A stretch of 64,000 nucleotides of DNA from a plasmid: the sequence record NZ_CP083859.1; one strand, given 5' to 3'. Positions 19,479-31,811 of this stretch are shown in pieces (position 1 is the stretch's first letter; each line of letters begins with the position of its first letter). Under the pieces are notes generated by a model. That model was not told the origin of the DNA and searched no databases. It was given only the letters and a program-made list of their open reading frames with translations. The position numbers and the translations under genes are program-made.

Positions 19479-22463
19479 ATGCCACGGAGACAAATACTCA
19501 GCAGTGAAGAAAAAGAACGCTTGTTGGTTGTGCCGGATGATGACGTTCTTCTGACACGCATGTGCTTTTTGAGTGAACATGACCTCGCGCTTATTAATAA
19601 ACACCGCAGACCCGCAAACCGCCTGGGCTTTGCTGTTTTACTCTGCTATTTGCGAGGGCCAGGGTATCCTCCCGACAAAAATGCGTCCCCTCACGGCGGA
19701 GTTATTTCCCGGCTTGCGGCTCATTTGAAAATTCAGCCTGATTTGTGGGCCGAGTATGCCTCAAGAGAAGTCACCCGCTGGGAGCATCTGGCCGAACTCT
19801 ACCGCTATCTGGAATTATCCCCCTTCAACCGGGCGCTACAAAAAACCTGCATTCGCCACCTTTATCCCCATGCTATGCGGACAGACAGAGGCTTTTTGCT
19901 TGCGGAGGAAATGCTCTCCTGGCTCCAACTCAATAAGGTGATTTTTCCTTCTGTTGATGTTGTCGAGCGAACCCTGGCCGAAGCAACAACGCTTGCAGAC
20001 AGAGCGGTCTTTTCTGCGCTTACTGCGCAGCTTGAGCCAAGACATAAAGCGGCGTTGGACCGTCTGCTGGTCTCTGAGGGGGAGCAATCTTCACGGCTGG
20101 CCTGGCTGCTCCAGCCTCCGGGAAAAATTAATGGTAAAAATGCCCTGCAACATATCGACCGGTTAAATTCGATTGAGTCGCTGGCACTGCCTGACGGCAT
20201 TGCGTTTTCCGTTCACCAGAACCGGCTCCTGAAACTCGCACGCGAAGGCAGGAAAATGAGTAGCCGTGACCTGGCAAAATTCACTGATGTTCGCCGTTAT
20301 GCCACGCTGGTTTGTGTCATATCGGAAGCCAGGGCCACCCTGACAGACGAAGTTATTGAGCTGCACGAGCGTATTCTGGGCAGTTTGCTCAGCAGGGCAA
20401 AACGCACACAGGCCGAGCGACTTCAGCAAACGGGAAAGCTGATTCAGAGCAAGCTGAAGCAATACGTTACCGTCGGGCAGGCATTGCTGAACGCCAGAGA
20501 GTCCGGTGAAGATCCCTGGGCCGCAATAGAAGACGTCCTTCCCTGGCAGGAGTTTATCAACAGCGTGGAAGAGACGCGGTTCCTGTCACGTAAGGACAAC
20601 TTCGACCCGTTGCATCTGATCACAGAAAAATACAGTACGCTGCGTAAATATGCCCCCCGGATGCTGGCCGCGTTGCAGTTCATGGCGGCACCCGCCGCAA
20701 TTCAACTCAGTGACGCGCTGGATATCGTCAGAGAGATGTATCGAAAACAACTCCGAAAAGTACCGCCTTCAGCGCCAACCGGGTTCATCCCGGAAAGCTG
20801 GAGAAAGGTGGTGATCACGCCCTCCGGCATTGATCGAAAATATTATGAATTTTGCGTGCTGAATGAGCTAAAGGGAGCCCTACGTTCTGGTGACATCTGG
20901 GTAAAGGGATCTCGCCGTTACAGGAATTTCGATGATTATCTGATCCCATCTGGTGATTTTGAAAAATCACTCCTGAATAACCAGCTACCCCTTGCTATTC
21001 CGGCCGACTGCAATGAATACATCGAGAGCCGTATGATGCTTCTGGCAGCGCGCCTGAAGGAAGTTAATGCGATGGCACTGGCCGGTGATTTGCCCGATGT
21101 TGATATATCGGACAAAGGCGTGAAAATTACCCCACTGGACAACAGTGTCCCTTCAGCAGTATCCCCGTTTGCCGATCTGGTTTATGGCATGCTGCCTCAT
21201 CCTAAAATTACTGAAATGCTGGATGAAGTAGATGGCTGGACCGGTTTTACCCACCATTTCACTCATCTCAAAAATCATCACGTCAGACCTAAAGACAGAA
21301 AGTTGTTACTGACCACCATCCTGGCTGACGGCATCAATCTTGGGCTGACAAAAATGGCTGAATCCTGTCCGGGAACGACCAAATCATCACTTGAGGGCAT
21401 TCAGGCCTGGTACATCAGGGATGAAACATATTCAGCAGCACTGGCTGAGTTGGTCAATGCCCAGAAAAAACGGCCTCTGGCGGCATTATGGGGCGATGGG
21501 ACAACCTCCTCGTCTGATGGGCAAAATTTTCGGGTGGGCAGCCATGGGCGTTATGCGGGTCAGGTCAATCTGAAGTACGGTCAGGAGCCAGGCGTTCAGA
21601 TTTACACGCATATTTCGGACCAGTACAGCCCGTTTTACACCAAAGTCATCAGCCGCGTGCGCGATTCTACTCACGTACTTGACGGCTTGCTGTATCACGA
21701 AAGCGAGCTGGAGATTACAGAGCATTACACCGACACCGCAGGTTTCACTGAGCATGTTTTCGCGCTGATGCATCTGCTCGGATTCGCTTTTGCGCCAAGG
21801 ATCCGGGATCTTCAGGACAAGAGACTGTTTATTCATGGAAAACCCGCGTTGTATCCGGGGCTTCAGTCAATTATTTCCACAACCAGCCTGAATCTAAAGG
21901 ACATTGAAACCCACTGGAGTGAGGTGCTACGTCTGGCGAGTTCTATAAAACAGGGAACGGTAACAGCATCACTGATGATGAAAAAGCTGGCCAGCTATCC
22001 GAAACAAAATGGTCTGGCAAAAGCACTGAGGGAAATTGGTCGCATCGAAAGGTCATTGTTTATGCTGGACTGGTTCCGGGATCCTTCCCTGCGTCGACGC
22101 ATACAGGCAGGGTTGAATAAAGGTGAGGCGCGGAATGCCCTTGCTCGCGCAGTCTTTATGCACCGGCTGGGGGAAATCAGAGATCGGGGACTGGAAAACC
22201 AGAGTTATCGGGCAAGTGGGCTCACCTTGCTGACTGCGGCGATCTCACTCTGGAATACGGTATATATAGAAAGAGCCATAGATTATCTGAAGCGAAAGGG
22301 GATCCCATTCAATGACCAACTGATTTCTCATCTGTCCCCTCTGGGATGGGAACACATCAACCTGAGCGGAGATTACGTCTGGCGAACAAACCTCAAGCTG
22401 GGACAGGGAAAATACCGTTCGTTACGCTCAGTAGACAGCAGTCTGTACAAAAAACAGGCTTAG
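19479..22463 (+). CDS. tnpA: Tn3-family DDE transposase TnpA
   Basis: 994 aa, the typical Tn3-family length, with conserved blocks. The stop codon lies inside the terminal IR. Confidence 0.9.
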   Translation: MPRRQILSSEEKERLLVVPDDDVLLTRMCFLSEHDLALINKHRRPANRLGFAVLLCYLRGPGYPPDKNASPHGGVISRLAAHLKIQPDLWAEYASREVTRWEHLAELYRYLELSPFNRALQKTCIRHLYPHAMRTDRGFLLAEEMLSWLQLNKVIFPSVDVVERTLAEATTLADRAVFSALTAQLEPRHKAALDRLLVSEGEQSSRLAWLLQPPGKINGKNALQHIDRLNSIESLALPDGIAFSVHQNRLLKLAREGRKMSSRDLAKFTDVRRYATLVCVISEARATLTDEVIELHERILGSLLSRAKRTQAERLQQTGKLIQSKLKQYVTVGQALLNARESGEDPWAAIEDVLPWQEFINSVEETRFLSRKDNFDPLHLITEKYSTLRKYAPRMLAALQFMAAPAAIQLSDALDIVREMYRKQLRKVPPSAPTGFIPESWRKVVITPSGIDRKYYEFCVLNELKGALRSGDIWVKGSRRYRNFDDYLIPSGDFEKSLLNNQLPLAIPADCNEYIESRMMLLAARLKEVNAMALAGDLPDVDISDKGVKITPLDNSVPSAVSPFADLVYGMLPHPKITEMLDEVDGWTGFTHHFTHLKNHHVRPKDRKLLLTTILADGINLGLTKMAESCPGTTKSSLEGIQAWYIRDETYSAALAELVNAQKKRPLAALWGDGTTSSSDGQNFRVGSHGRYAGQVNLKYGQEPGVQIYTHISDQYSPFYTKVISRVRDSTHVLDGLLYHESELEITEHYTDTAGFTEHVFALMHLLGFAFAPRIRDLQDKRLFIHGKPALYPGLQSIISTTSLNLKDIETHWSEVLRLASSIKQGTVTASLMMKKLASYPKQNGLAKALREIGRIERSLFMLDWFRDPSLRRRIQAGLNKGEARNALARAVFMHRLGEIRDRGLENQSYRASGLTLLTAAISLWNTVYIERAIDYLKRKGIPFNDQLISHLSPLGWEHINLSGDYVWRTNLKLGQGKYRSLRSVDSSLYKKQA

Positions 22464-22496
22464 CGTAGGATATTTTCCGTTTTCCAAGCGGACCCC
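22459..22496 (-). repeat. Tn3-family 38-bp terminal IR (GGGGTCCGCTTGGAAAACGGAAAATATCCTACGCTAAG)
   Basis: Tn21/Tn5393-like IR. It overlaps the tnpA stop. Confidence 0.8.
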
Positions 22497-22498
22497 AA

Positions 22499-22762
22499 GA
22501 AGATCTGGAGGCTATCTGGGACTACAGCTTCAGACAGTTCGGGGTTGTTCAGGCGGATGCGTATATCGGGCGTATAGCCGCAGTGTTTGATGTGCTGGCC
22601 ATGCATGACATCGGCACGCATCGCGCAGAGCTGGGAGAAGATATCTGCTCGCTGCCGGTGGAACAGCACATGATCTATTTTGTGTCATCACATTCGGTGG
22701 TTACGATCATACGTATTCTCAGTCAGTCTCAGGATACGGCGCGGCATGAACCATGGATATAA
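22499..22762 (+). pseudogene. parE: parE-type toxin gene truncated at about codon 12 by the transposon IR
   Basis: The reading frame starting immediately after the IR translates EDLEAIWDYSFRQFGVVQADAYIG...CSLPVEQHMIYFVSSHSVVTIIRILSQSQD, a ParE/RelE fold. No start codon and no antitoxin gene upstream. Confidence 0.6.
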
Positions 22763-22902
22763 CTGAATGTGTAAAATAACAATCAAATTAAATACTTAGT
22801 TCGCGCAATCTATCTTATGTTAAATTTAGTCCGTCGTTCATTTAGTTCATAACAGGCCGCAGACTACGATTAATCATACACAGACATAATCTTTCATTTG
22901 GT

Positions 22903-22930
22903 TTAAAAAAACGCTCCCGATTGGGAGCGT
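22903..22930 (-). terminator. Rho-independent terminator of pcoE2 (minus strand)
   Basis: ACGCTCCC-gatt-GGGAGCGT hairpin with an A-run on the plus strand (T-run on the minus strand), 50 bp past the pcoE2 stop. Confidence 0.6.
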
Positions 22931-22980
22931 AAGCCAGTGACTTCGGCGTTAAATGAGGGTCTGACAAGTGGAGCTGCGGG

Positions 22981-23415
22981 TTAATTCTGCGTGATCTGGC
23001 TGCGATGCTTTTCAGCCTGCTGCTGATGAATAACGGAAGATTGACCATTATTCGCCTTCTCATGCATAACAGCGGCTTTCTCATGCTCGTTCATTTCGGA
23101 AAATGATTTTGCTGTTTCGTTAGAAGCTGCTGGCTTGGATTTCATCATTTTGTTATGCATTTCAGCCATGTCCTGATGGGCAGCAGAATTGCCGTTTTGC
23201 ATCATGTCATGGGACATTGCGGCCTGATCGTGACTGCTCATATCCATCATTGTCATGCTGTCTCCCTGAACTGCGCTTTTTTCAGCAGATGACTGCATCT
23301 GATGGGCAGGAGCCTGTGCATTATTTACCTGGTCATGCATGTTCATTGTCTCTGCAGCCATGGCGGATGAAGCGACAGCCATAATGGCAACAAATGATAC
23401 GAGAATCTTTTTCAT
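22981..23415 (-). CDS. pcoE: PcoE (SilE-family periplasmic metal-binding protein), pcoE2 position
   Basis: Signal peptide MKKILVSFVAIMAVASSAMA. Met/His-rich with MNEHEKAAVMHE motifs. The true start is the internal Met (the ORF-track start is an extension). Confidence 0.85.
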   Translation of the reverse strand: MKKILVSFVAIMAVASSAMAAETMNMHDQVNNAQAPAHQMQSSAEKSAVQGDSMTMMDMSSHDQAAMSHDMMQNGNSAAHQDMAEMHNKMMKSKPAASNETAKSFSEMNEHEKAAVMHEKANNGQSSVIHQQQAEKHRSQITQN

Positions 23416-23587
23416 GGTTGGGTCTCCGGTGTTTTCATACCCGAACAATCAATGCTTATAACAGAGAAAGCATTTGATCTCAGGGCTGGTTGATCATCAC
23501 GCCAGGAACCGGGCGATTGAATTATCACGCTGTCCTGATTTATGGCTGATTATAAAAAACCGCCTCTGTTTATCGCGTGACTGAACG

Positions 23588-23603
23588 ATGACATTTTTGT
23601 CAC
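23588..23603. promoter_or_regulatory. CusR/PcoR-type box upstream of pcoE2 (ATGACATTTTTGTCAC)
   Basis: TGACA-N6-TGTCA palindrome about 175 bp upstream of pcoE2. Confidence 0.45.
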
Positions 23604-23630
23604 CTTCCGGGTTTCTCCTGAATAACGGTA

Positions 23631-25031
23631 TTAATCCATTAACAGACGCACACTGAACACAATTTCCCGCCCCTGCTGTTCTGCTGACAGCTCGCCGCCG
23701 TGAGCATGAATGATCGACCTTGTAATTGATAATCCCAGCCCCGCGCCTTCCGTGTTGTAGAACCTTGATGAGTCTGCGCGATAGAACCGGTCAAACAAAC
23801 GTTCCAGATTAGCGGGAACCTGGCCGGACATCGTATTCGTAATCATCACGTTCACACAGTCACTGTCACGCTCAAGGTGTATCGCTGTACAGGTGTTATC
23901 GGGAGAATACTTGATTGCATTGGAAAGCAGGTTACTGAAAGCACGTCGGAGCATATCGCTGTCTCCGGCAACAACGCCCTCTCCTTCAACCGTGATTGTC
24001 TTTCCTGTTTCGTCTGCCAGGGGCTCGAACAACTCACGTAATTCATTCAGTTCGGCTGCCAGATCCACATCATGTTTATCCAGCCGCAGCAGACCATGCT
24101 CTGAACGTGCCAGAAAAAGCATGTCACTGGTCATTCGTGACAACCTTTTCAGTTCTTCCAGGTTAGCGAATAAAATTTCGCGGTAATGCGAAACATCCCT
24201 TTCCTTAGCCAGTGCAAACTGCGTCTGCATCATCAGATTACTGACTGGTGTGCGCAGCTCATGCGCGATGTCAGACGAGAAATCTGACAGTTTCCGGAAT
24301 GCCCCCTCCAGGCGATCAAACATATTATTGAACTCCTGCATGGTCTCAGAGATTTCCGGCGGAGCCAGATCGGGATTTAGACGCTGATCCAGGCTGTGTA
24401 CAGTCATGGAGGAAGCCAGACTGGTCATTTCCCGTAACGGTTTCAGACCAATACGTGTGGTCAGCCAGCCCAGAAAAACAGAAATAAAGACCAGACCGAT
24501 ATTGAACCAGAACAGCCAGGTACTGAGTTTGTCCATAAACAGGGTGTGATACCCAGTATCCGTGGCAACCGTAATGATGACATGTTTGCTTTTACCCTGT
24601 TCCGGCGTCATGGCAACCCGCCGCGAGATACTGCGGTACACGGTGTTATTTTCTTCCGTCTGGATCATATAGTCGAGAATATCACCCGACTTATTAAGCA
24701 GGACCGCTGGAACAACAGAATTTTTGGCATAGAGTTCAACAATTTTTTCATTTTCCATGTTTTTTATAGAAATGAATAAACCATTGTGCCCTACCATCGC
24801 ATCGTTTATTTTTTCTGATAATGACTTAATATCCGTTTTGTTCCGGAACGTCTCTGTTTTAAGAAACTCTTCGGTGAGCTGAAGTTTACCTGTCAGAAAA
24901 TCGCGGTCCTGATTATCGAAATAGCCATTAAGGGTGCTAATCAGGATAAAACTTGATAACCACCATACCGTAAGCATCACCGCAGAAAAAATCAGGCTCA
25001 GGCGTGTGGTCAGGGAAATTTTGAACCTCAC
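23631..25031 (-). CDS. pcoS: Copper-sensing histidine kinase PcoS
   Basis: Two TM helices and a periplasmic loop, HAMP, H-box DIAHELRTP, ATPase G-boxes. Overlaps pcoR by 4 bp. Confidence 0.9.
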   Translation of the reverse strand: MRFKISLTTRLSLIFSAVMLTVWWLSSFILISTLNGYFDNQDRDFLTGKLQLTEEFLKTETFRNKTDIKSLSEKINDAMVGHNGLFISIKNMENEKIVELYAKNSVVPAVLLNKSGDILDYMIQTEENNTVYRSISRRVAMTPEQGKSKHVIITVATDTGYHTLFMDKLSTWLFWFNIGLVFISVFLGWLTTRIGLKPLREMTSLASSMTVHSLDQRLNPDLAPPEISETMQEFNNMFDRLEGAFRKLSDFSSDIAHELRTPVSNLMMQTQFALAKERDVSHYREILFANLEELKRLSRMTSDMLFLARSEHGLLRLDKHDVDLAAELNELRELFEPLADETGKTITVEGEGVVAGDSDMLRRAFSNLLSNAIKYSPDNTCTAIHLERDSDCVNVMITNTMSGQVPANLERLFDRFYRADSSRFYNTEGAGLGLSITRSIIHAHGGELSAEQQGREIVFSVRLLMD

Positions 25032-25714
25032 TCTTCTCTGATCTCCAGGACATATCCGGCACCGCGAACGGTATGGATCAGTTTTGGCTCAAAGTCATCA
25101 TCAATTTTACTTCTCAGACGTCTCACGGCGACATCAATCACATTCGTATCACTGTCAAAATTCATGTTCCAGACCAGGGACGAGATAAGACTCCTGGGTA
25201 ACACTTCTCCGGTGCGTTGCAGCAGCAACTCAAGCAGAACGTATTCTTTACCGGTGAGATGGATCTTCTTCCCCGAACGGATCACGGTCCGGCGCACCAT
25301 ATCAACGGTCATATCGGCGATGGTGCAGACTGTTGCGGCCTGCGAGCGTGCCCGGCGCAGCAGGGTTCTTACACGTGCAACCAGCTCCGTAAAATCAAAG
25401 GGCTTAATCAGGTAGTCATCTGCGCCAAGCTCCAGTCCTTTCACTTTGTCCCGCACGTTGTCCTTTGCGGTTAAAAACAGGACCGGTTCTTCGTGCCCGG
25501 ACTCCCTCAGTGCGCTGATGATTTGCCACCCGTCGAGGAAAGGCAGCATCACGTCCAGTATTATCAAATCATACTGTCCCTTCGACGCGGCCCCGAGACC
25601 ATCGCGGCCATTATTAAAGAGATCGGCCTGATAGCCTTCCTCAACCAGTCCCTGCTGCAGGTAACGACCTGTTTTTTGTTCGTCTTCAACGATTAAAATA
25701 CGCTGCATGGTCAA
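25028..25714 (-). CDS. pcoR: OmpR-family response regulator PcoR
   Basis: Receiver domain (LIVEDE...[10 protein letters not shown]) plus a winged-helix DNA-binding domain. Confidence 0.9.
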   Translation of the reverse strand: MTMQRILIVEDEQKTGRYLQQGLVEEGYQADLFNNGRDGLGAASKGQYDLIILDVMLPFLDGWQIISALRESGHEEPVLFLTAKDNVRDKVKGLELGADDYLIKPFDFTELVARVRTLLRRARSQAATVCTIADMTVDMVRRTVIRSGKKIHLTGKEYVLLELLLQRTGEVLPRSLISSLVWNMNFDSDTNVIDVAVRRLRSKIDDDFEPKLIHTVRGAGYVLEIREE

Positions 25715-25762
25715 CTCGCTGATATGAAAGTAAAAATCTCACGCATGAGCTTTGGATGTCCC

Positions 25763-26692
25763 CTAGCTGACCTGAGACGGAGCAAGCATTCCGAGCCACG
25801 CTACGGCGCCCAGAATGATAATCGCAACAACGAATTCTGTCAGGATGCTGTTTCGCATCAGGGCAACGCTGCGATCATAATTCCCTTCCCTGACCATAAC
25901 TTCAAGCCGGGGACCCAGGTGAAACCGGTTTGCTGCAGCCAGAAGAAGCATCAGAACAAACAGAGCCGTCTTGGCAAGCAATATCCTCCCCCAGGAACTG
26001 TTGAATAAGGGAGTTAAGTTACCCTCAGCAATATACAGATAGTTGACCAGCGCACTCAGGATCAGGGCTACAACAATCACCGTTCCTGCCGTGGCAAATT
26101 TTGCCAGGGAGTCAGATATCACAATGACGCTCTGTGCATTATGCTCGTTTCTGCGCATCAGCAGGATAGCAAATGCAACCAGAGCACCTGTCCAGGCACC
26201 TGCAGCGCCGAGATGGGTCAGATCGCTCAGTAAATGGAGATAGTAATGCAGACCGTCATGCATAACGGCGTGTCCTCCCCAGGCAAGTGTAGCCAGCGCC
26301 ACGCCCCCACTCATCGTCATCAGCAGGCAGGACAATACTCTCTTATTAGTGTAAAGGAACAAAGCACCGAGTGTGGTAAACAGGGCACAGAGCCTGACAA
26401 TCCAGCTAATACCCACATCAGTTTCTTCTATCACCATCTCGATAACATGGATGGATAATTCTCTGAGGTCAGTTACTCCACTCATGGCATTAGATACCAG
26501 GAGCATATTAATGCCAGTAAGAATGATGCCTGTAACAACAGCAAAGGTTATAAACGACCTGAAATTAGTCAGGTTATAGGTTTCATGTCTGACACCGCTT
26601 ATTCCATATATCTGAAAAAATGGCAATCCAAATATTACCATCAAATCCAGATAAAGAAGAAAACGAATAACAATCATAATCAGGTCGTTCAT
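25763..26692 (-). CDS. pcoD: Copper resistance inner-membrane protein PcoD (CopD family)
   Basis: 309-aa polytopic membrane protein in the pcoD position. Confidence 0.85.
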
Positions 26693-26696
26693 AATA

Positions 26697-27077
26697 TTAC
26701 TTCACTGTAAAGGTGTAATTACCGGTAATAGGGTGCGTATCTGAAGAAACCGCGCGCCAGTCAACACGATAAGTGCCAGCGGGTAAAGGCTCTCGCGGAA
26801 TAATGACCATCGATTTAGGGTCAGCGCCTGGCGCCACTTTTGCCGCGACCGGCATCGGAGAATGTGATGACATGCCTTTCATACCCGTCATCGTTAATTT
26901 TGCACCTGAGAATTTCACGGTCAGATTTTCCGAGAAATTAAGCTGAATCTTTTCCGGGGCCGCTACGGCTGAATCAGCCTGTGGCACAGAGCTTTTTAAT
27001 TCCGGATGGGCCATAGCAGAGAAAGCAACGCCCATAACGAGGCCACCTGTAAGAATGGCTTTATTTAAAATCGACAT
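26697..27077 (-). CDS. pcoC: Periplasmic copper chaperone PcoC (CopC family)
   Basis: Signal peptide, HPELKSS N-terminus and an M-rich motif [13 protein letters not shown]. Confidence 0.9.
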
Positions 27078-27116
27078 TTTATTTACCTGTTTAGTTGAGT
27101 GTTTTATATCAGTGCG

Positions 27117-28016
27117 TTAAAACCAGATTCTGGCTCCCGCCAGGAATACTACCTGATGGTCTTTCTCACCTTCTCTTTTCGCCATATCGGATGTTTTCCC
27201 GTAAAGTTGATTCCAGGAAACGCCTATATAGGGTGCAAACTCACGGCGTATTTCATAGCGCAGCCGGAGCCCCAGCTCTGTGTCAGTCAGTCCCCTGCCG
27301 CGACCCCGCGATTCATCATCCTGACTGTAGAAATTCACCTCATAGGATGGCTGGAGTATGAGCCGGTTAGTCAGTAAAACGTCGTATTCTCCTCCCAGAC
27401 GAAGGGCTGCTTTTCCGCCATTACTGACAAAACCCGTAATTTCAGACTCAAAATTATAGAGTGCCAGCCCCTGAAAACCGACAGCAGCCCAGGTCCGGGC
27501 AGAAGCAGGTCTGAAATCCTGCCTGACACCCGCAACCAAATCCCACCATGGGCCAACCGCATGTCCCCAGAGTAACTGCGCTTCAGCCGCCTCCGTTTCC
27601 CCATTGCTTCGTTCACCTTCACTCTTTAGCCAAATCCGATCTGTGTCGCCTCCAATCCAGCTGTTAACACTCCAGCTGAAATTGTTGGTGTTATCCGACC
27701 GTTGCCATTCCAGTTGATCCAGCAGAACCAGATAATTAATCGCACTGTCGTGAATCGCATGCCCCTGTAAATTGCCGAATGCAGCCTTCCGGTCGGCATC
27801 GGTAACAGGCGGAATTGGCGTTCTGCTCTCAGTTACAATGGGCTCCATTGACGTCATCTCAGTGAAATTCTCATCTGCTGGCATCTGCATGGCAGACATG
27901 TCGTGCCCGGCGTGGGGATCTGCAGAGACGGAGCCCGCCGCAATAGAAAGCTGTGAGGTAAACAAACCGGCGACCAGAACAGGTATGGCCTTCAAATTTC
28001 TCTTCATTCGCATCAT
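27117..28016 (-). CDS. pcoB: Outer-membrane copper resistance protein PcoB (CopB family)
   Basis: Signal peptide, Met/His-rich N-region, C-terminal beta-barrel ending in F. Confidence 0.9.
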   Translation of the reverse strand: MMRMKRNLKAIPVLVAGLFTSQLSIAAGSVSADPHAGHDMSAMQMPADENFTEMTSMEPIVTESRTPIPPVTDADRKAAFGNLQGHAIHDSAINYLVLLDQLEWQRSDNTNNFSWSVNSWIGGDTDRIWLKSEGERSNGETEAAEAQLLWGHAVGPWWDLVAGVRQDFRPASARTWAAVGFQGLALYNFESEITGFVSNGGKAALRLGGEYDVLLTNRLILQPSYEVNFYSQDDESRGRGRGLTDTELGLRLRYEIRREFAPYIGVSWNQLYGKTSDMAKREGEKDHQVVFLAGARIWF

Positions 28017-29836
28017 TCCTCCACCCGGACTTCACGAAACATTCCCATTTCCATGTGATAGAGCAAATGGCAGTGATACGCCCAGCGGCCAAGCGCATCT
28101 GCTGTCACTCTGTAACTGCGTTTTGTACCAGGGGGAACATCTATTGTGTGTTTACGAACCATGAAATTACCGTTTTCATCTTCCAGATCGCTCCACATAC
28201 CATGCAGGTGAATGGGGTGAGTCATCATGGTATCGTTGATCAGCGTGATCCTGAGCCGCTCACCGTATTTCAGCAGCACCGGTGCGGCATCTGAAAACTT
28301 GATTCCGTTAAATGACCAGGCAAACTTTTCCATGTGGCCGGTTAAATGCAGTTCTATGGTACGGCCAGGTTCACGTCCGTCAGGATCCTCAAAGCGGCTT
28401 TTCAAATCCGCGTACGTGAGAACCTTTCTTCCGTTATTTCGAAGACCAATACCCGGATCATTTAATTTCGGAGAGACGCTCATCGCCTGCATATCAACCA
28501 GTGGGTTATCCGTTTCTGACGCAGGATGACTTTGCATACCCGGCATTCCGGCCATCCGGGAATGATCCATACCGGCCATGCTGCTGTGATCCATGGGCGC
28601 GGAGGATGTCCCGCTATCCGGAAGGTCAGCACCGTCCATAGACATCATCTCTCCGCTGTTATCCATGCCTCCCATCTGGCTGTGGTCCATTCCTGCCATA
28701 TCATGTCCCATTCCCCCCATACCCATATCTTCCATGGTCAACAGAGGACGGGGATCGAGGGGGGGAACGGCAGCACTTAACCCCTCTCTCGTGGCCAGTG
28801 TCCCTCGAGCGTAACCGGTCCTGTCCATGGATTGTGCGAAGATGGTATAGGCCTCACCCTGAGGCTCCACAATGACATCATAGGTTTCGGCAACGGCAAT
28901 CCTGAATTCGTCAACGGTAACCGGGTTTACATACTGGCCATCTGCAGCCACGACCGTCATTTTCAGCCCGGGGATACGGATATCGAAATAGGTCATTGCC
29001 GAGCCGTTGATAAACCGTAAGCGTATCTTTTCACCGGGACGGAACAGTCCGGTCCAGTTTTTCAGCGGGGCCTGCCCGTTCATGAGATAGGTGTAGGTGT
29101 AGCCACTGACATCCGCGAGGTCAGTCGGATTCATTTTCATTTCAGCCCACATTTTCCGATCGGCAATGGTGGCTGACAGCCCCCTGGTATTCACGTCGCG
29201 GAAAAAAGAGCCAACGGTTGGTTTATTGAAATTGTAGTAATCCGACTGTTTTTTTAATTTTTTCAGCAGGCTGTGAGGATTTTCATCGGTCCAGTCAGAC
29301 AACATGACCACATGCTCACGATCGTAAGCAAACGGTTCTGGCTCCCTGGCATCGATGATAATGGCACCGTATACCCCCTCCTGTTCCTGCAGACCGGAAT
29401 GGCTGTGGTACCAGTAAGTCCCGTTCTGCTTAACCTTAAAGGTGTAAACGTAGGTATCATCAGGCTCTATGCCCATAAAACTCAGCCCCGGAACACCATC
29501 CATATTGGCCGGAAGAATAATGCCGTGCCAGTGAATGGACGTCTGTTCATTAAGACGGTTTTTGACCTTCAGGGTAATGGTGTCACCTTCTTTCCAGCGA
29601 AGAACGGGCCCCGGCAGGCCTCCATTGATTGTTTTGGCCTGACGCTCACTGCCCGTGATATTGACGGCCGTTTCACCAATGGTCAGGTCAAACTGAGTAC
29701 CCTGCAGGGATGCGGCAACTGGCAGGCTCAGACTGGAACGCGCATTGAAACTCCATACGCCAAGACTTCCGGCTACGCCAGAGAGGGTTAACCCCTTCAG
29801 GAAAGTTCGTCGAGACGTTTTCAACAGCATGCGCAT
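28013..29836 (-). CDS. pcoA: Multicopper oxidase PcoA (Tat-secreted)
   Basis: Tat leader (SRRTFLKG), HWHG / HSH / [12 protein letters not shown] copper-binding motifs, and a Met-rich insert ([22 protein letters not shown]). Confidence 0.9.
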   Translation of the reverse strand: MRMLLKTSRRTFLKGLTLSGVAGSLGVWSFNARSSLSLPVAASLQGTQFDLTIGETAVNITGSERQAKTINGGLPGPVLRWKEGDTITLKVKNRLNEQTSIHWHGIILPANMDGVPGLSFMGIEPDDTYVYTFKVKQNGTYWYHSHSGLQEQEGVYGAIIIDAREPEPFAYDREHVVMLSDWTDENPHSLLKKLKKQSDYYNFNKPTVGSFFRDVNTRGLSATIADRKMWAEMKMNPTDLADVSGYTYTYLMNGQAPLKNWTGLFRPGEKIRLRFINGSAMTYFDIRIPGLKMTVVAADGQYVNPVTVDEFRIAVAETYDVIVEPQGEAYTIFAQSMDRTGYARGTLATREGLSAAVPPLDPRPLLTMEDMGMGGMGHDMAGMDHSQMGGMDNSGEMMSMDGADLPDSGTSSAPMDHSSMAGMDHSRMAGMPGMQSHPASETDNPLVDMQAMSVSPKLNDPGIGLRNNGRKVLTYADLKSRFEDPDGREPGRTIELHLTGHMEKFAWSFNGIKFSDAAPVLLKYGERLRITLINDTMMTHPIHLHGMWSDLEDENGNFMVRKHTIDVPPGTKRSYRVTADALGRWAYHCHLLYHMEMGMFREVRVEE

Positions 29837-29947
29837 TCCCTTATTTAAAGTATGGTTACTGACAGAATTCGAGAACCGATTTAAATTAAATTACTGGTTC
29901 ATCCACTTACAATGAAATGAATCTAGCACACCTTAAGAAACAAATTC

Positions 29948-29963
29948 ATTACAATCGTGTAAT
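29948..29963. promoter_or_regulatory. Copper box (ATTACAatcgTGTAAT) in the pcoA / pcoE1 divergent promoter region
   Basis: Perfect palindrome of the PcoR/CusR cop-box type. A second GTATTACA half-site lies 12 bp downstream. Confidence 0.55.
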
Positions 29964-30064
29964 GTACATAGCTGTATTACATTTACGTCATCTTCCCCAC
30001 AGGTTGATTATTTTTATATATGATCATAAGGACATCTTTTATGTACCTCAGAAGGTAATTACAC

Positions 30065-30514
30065 ATGAATATATTAATCACGACCACTGCGTTTACAGCT
30101 TTATTTTGTGGGGCAGCTTTTGCTCAGTCCAGTGATATTGCCCATGAAGCACATCGATTTGTTAATAATGCCTCAGCCGTCAGTCATGTGAATTCCTCGA
30201 CGCATGAAAACTTACCGGACAGGGTTAATAAAAACAACACGCCCTCATTCTCTGAAATGAATGAACATGAAAGGGCCATTGTTGCTCATTCATTTATGAA
30301 CAACAGCGCGTCCTATGCGCATCAGAAAATGATTGAGGAACATAAAAAAATGCTGTCCGGCAGTGATGCAAATTCAAAGACCTCGTCTTCTTCTTTTAAC
30401 GAACTGAATGCCGGAGAAAAAGCCGCTCTCGTGCATGAGCAGGTCAATAATGCCGGTGCGGAAGCACATCAGACGCAGGCAAGAAAGCTTCGCGGGCTGT
30501 ATTCGACCAGGTAA
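30065..30514 (+). CDS. SilE/PcoE-family metal-binding protein (pcoE1-like)
   Basis: Signal peptide, repeated MNEHER / HQKM / ALVHEQ His/Met motifs. Confidence 0.7.
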   Translation: MNILITTTAFTALFCGAAFAQSSDIAHEAHRFVNNASAVSHVNSSTHENLPDRVNKNNTPSFSEMNEHERAIVAHSFMNNSASYAHQKMIEEHKKMLSGSDANSKTSSSSFNELNAGEKAALVHEQVNNAGAEAHQTQARKLRGLYSTR

Positions 30515-30802
30515 CTGCAGGCGGGTTAGTGCTTAGCGTCAGGTGCGCAGCAGGGCTTTACTGACGGGTTACGTAGCAGGACATGAGCCCCATATTGCTC
30601 TGCCGTAACCTGTTTCAGTCCCGTTAATCATCACCGTCGGGCTGGTCATACAGTTCCCAGAGCTTCCGGAGCAAACGGGAAACAAGATATGTTACAAAAA
30701 TGACGACCATCAACGGTGCTCCCGATTAACTGACAGATGACACGCCTCCTGAAAACCCCTAGCATACGCCGCAGTGTTCATGCTAACGGCGAATTCCAGT
30801 AA

Positions 30803-31540
30803 ATGTATTCTACCGATGTCGTAAAAGAAAATGCCTACCTTTCAGCCACCCGCTCGGGGCTGGAATCGAACGAGATCGCTACTCTTCAGCGCTCCTTGCC
30901 TTCCCGGTTTAATCTGCGGCATTTGAAAAAAAATGAATCATTAAAACTCGTACTGCAAAAGAAAGCGGGAAAATCACGTGTCGTGGCCTATAAATTTACG
31001 TCCGGTTCATTTAATTACACGGCGTATCGTATATCAGATAAAAAGTTCTATAACCTTTCCGATACTTCCGGGAAAGGCAGTCTCGATTATCCGTTACCGG
31101 CCACAGCAAGACTCAGTTCGCCTTTCAATCCTGCAAGACTTAACCCGGTATCGGGAAAAGTGAGTCCCCATAATGGCATTGATTATTCCATGCCCATGAA
31201 CACGAAAATAGTCAGCGTCATCGACGGAAAAATCACCCGGGCCGAATACAACAGTACCATGGGATATTTTGTTGAAGTAACGGGAAAAGCCGGTGTTAAA
31301 ACTCGCTATCTCCACCTCAATAAAATACTCGTTACTAAAGGGGCCAGGGTTACCCGGGGAGACGCTATTGCGTTATCCGGTAACAGCGGACGTTCATCCG
31401 GTCCTCATCTGCATTACGAGCTGGTCATCAATAACAATCCTGTTAACTCACTGGCGTTCCGGACGGCGGCACCCGCTGATAACAAACTCGAACAGCATGC
31501 CTTTGCGCATGCCAGAGACTACGAACGATACCTGGACTGA
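30803..31540 (+). CDS. M23 (LytM-domain) metallopeptidase, pcoG-like
   Basis: HxxxD / HLHYE M23 motifs (SPHNGIDY, GPHLHYEL). No signal peptide at the called start, so it may be 5'-truncated. Confidence 0.65.
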   Translation: MYSTDVVKENAYLSATRSGLESNEIATLQRSLPSRFNLRHLKKNESLKLVLQKKAGKSRVVAYKFTSGSFNYTAYRISDKKFYNLSDTSGKGSLDYPLPATARLSSPFNPARLNPVSGKVSPHNGIDYSMPMNTKIVSVIDGKITRAEYNSTMGYFVEVTGKAGVKTRYLHLNKILVTKGARVTRGDAIALSGNSGRSSGPHLHYELVINNNPVNSLAFRTAAPADNKLEQHAFAHARDYERYLD

Positions 31541-31573
31541 TAACGGGACCGCGACGCGGTCCCGTCTGCCGGA

Positions 31574-31771
31574 TTAATTTTTTTTATCGTTTTCACTTCC
31601 GTGATGTTGATGATCTCCATGCCCCCCGTGACCGTGGAAAAGATGCATGAGCGGACAAAGCAGCAGTAACAGATATGGCCAGTAGCCTGCCACATGTGAC
31701 CAGTGTTCGCGCAGGAGAGCAAATGCCGCAATCGCGGCGACAGCAATAAGCGCATAGGTTGTACTTTTCAT
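31574..31771 (-). CDS. DUF2933-family small membrane protein with His-rich tail
   Basis: 65 aa, one TM helix, C-terminal HGHGGHGDHQHHGSE. Lies immediately downstream of silP. Confidence 0.6.
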   Translation of the reverse strand: MKSTTYALIAVAAIAAFALLREHWSHVAGYWPYLLLLLCPLMHLFHGHGGHGDHQHHGSENDKKN

Positions 31772-31811
31772 ACCGGACTCCTTCTGTTCGTAACAGCCCC
31801 TTCACTCAGTG

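Noticed and set aside
18734-19561. Long 275-aa version of the resolvase ORF
   Set aside because: The N-terminal 81 residues read through the res site and have no homology. The resolvase starts at the internal Met ([15 protein letters not shown]) at 19318.
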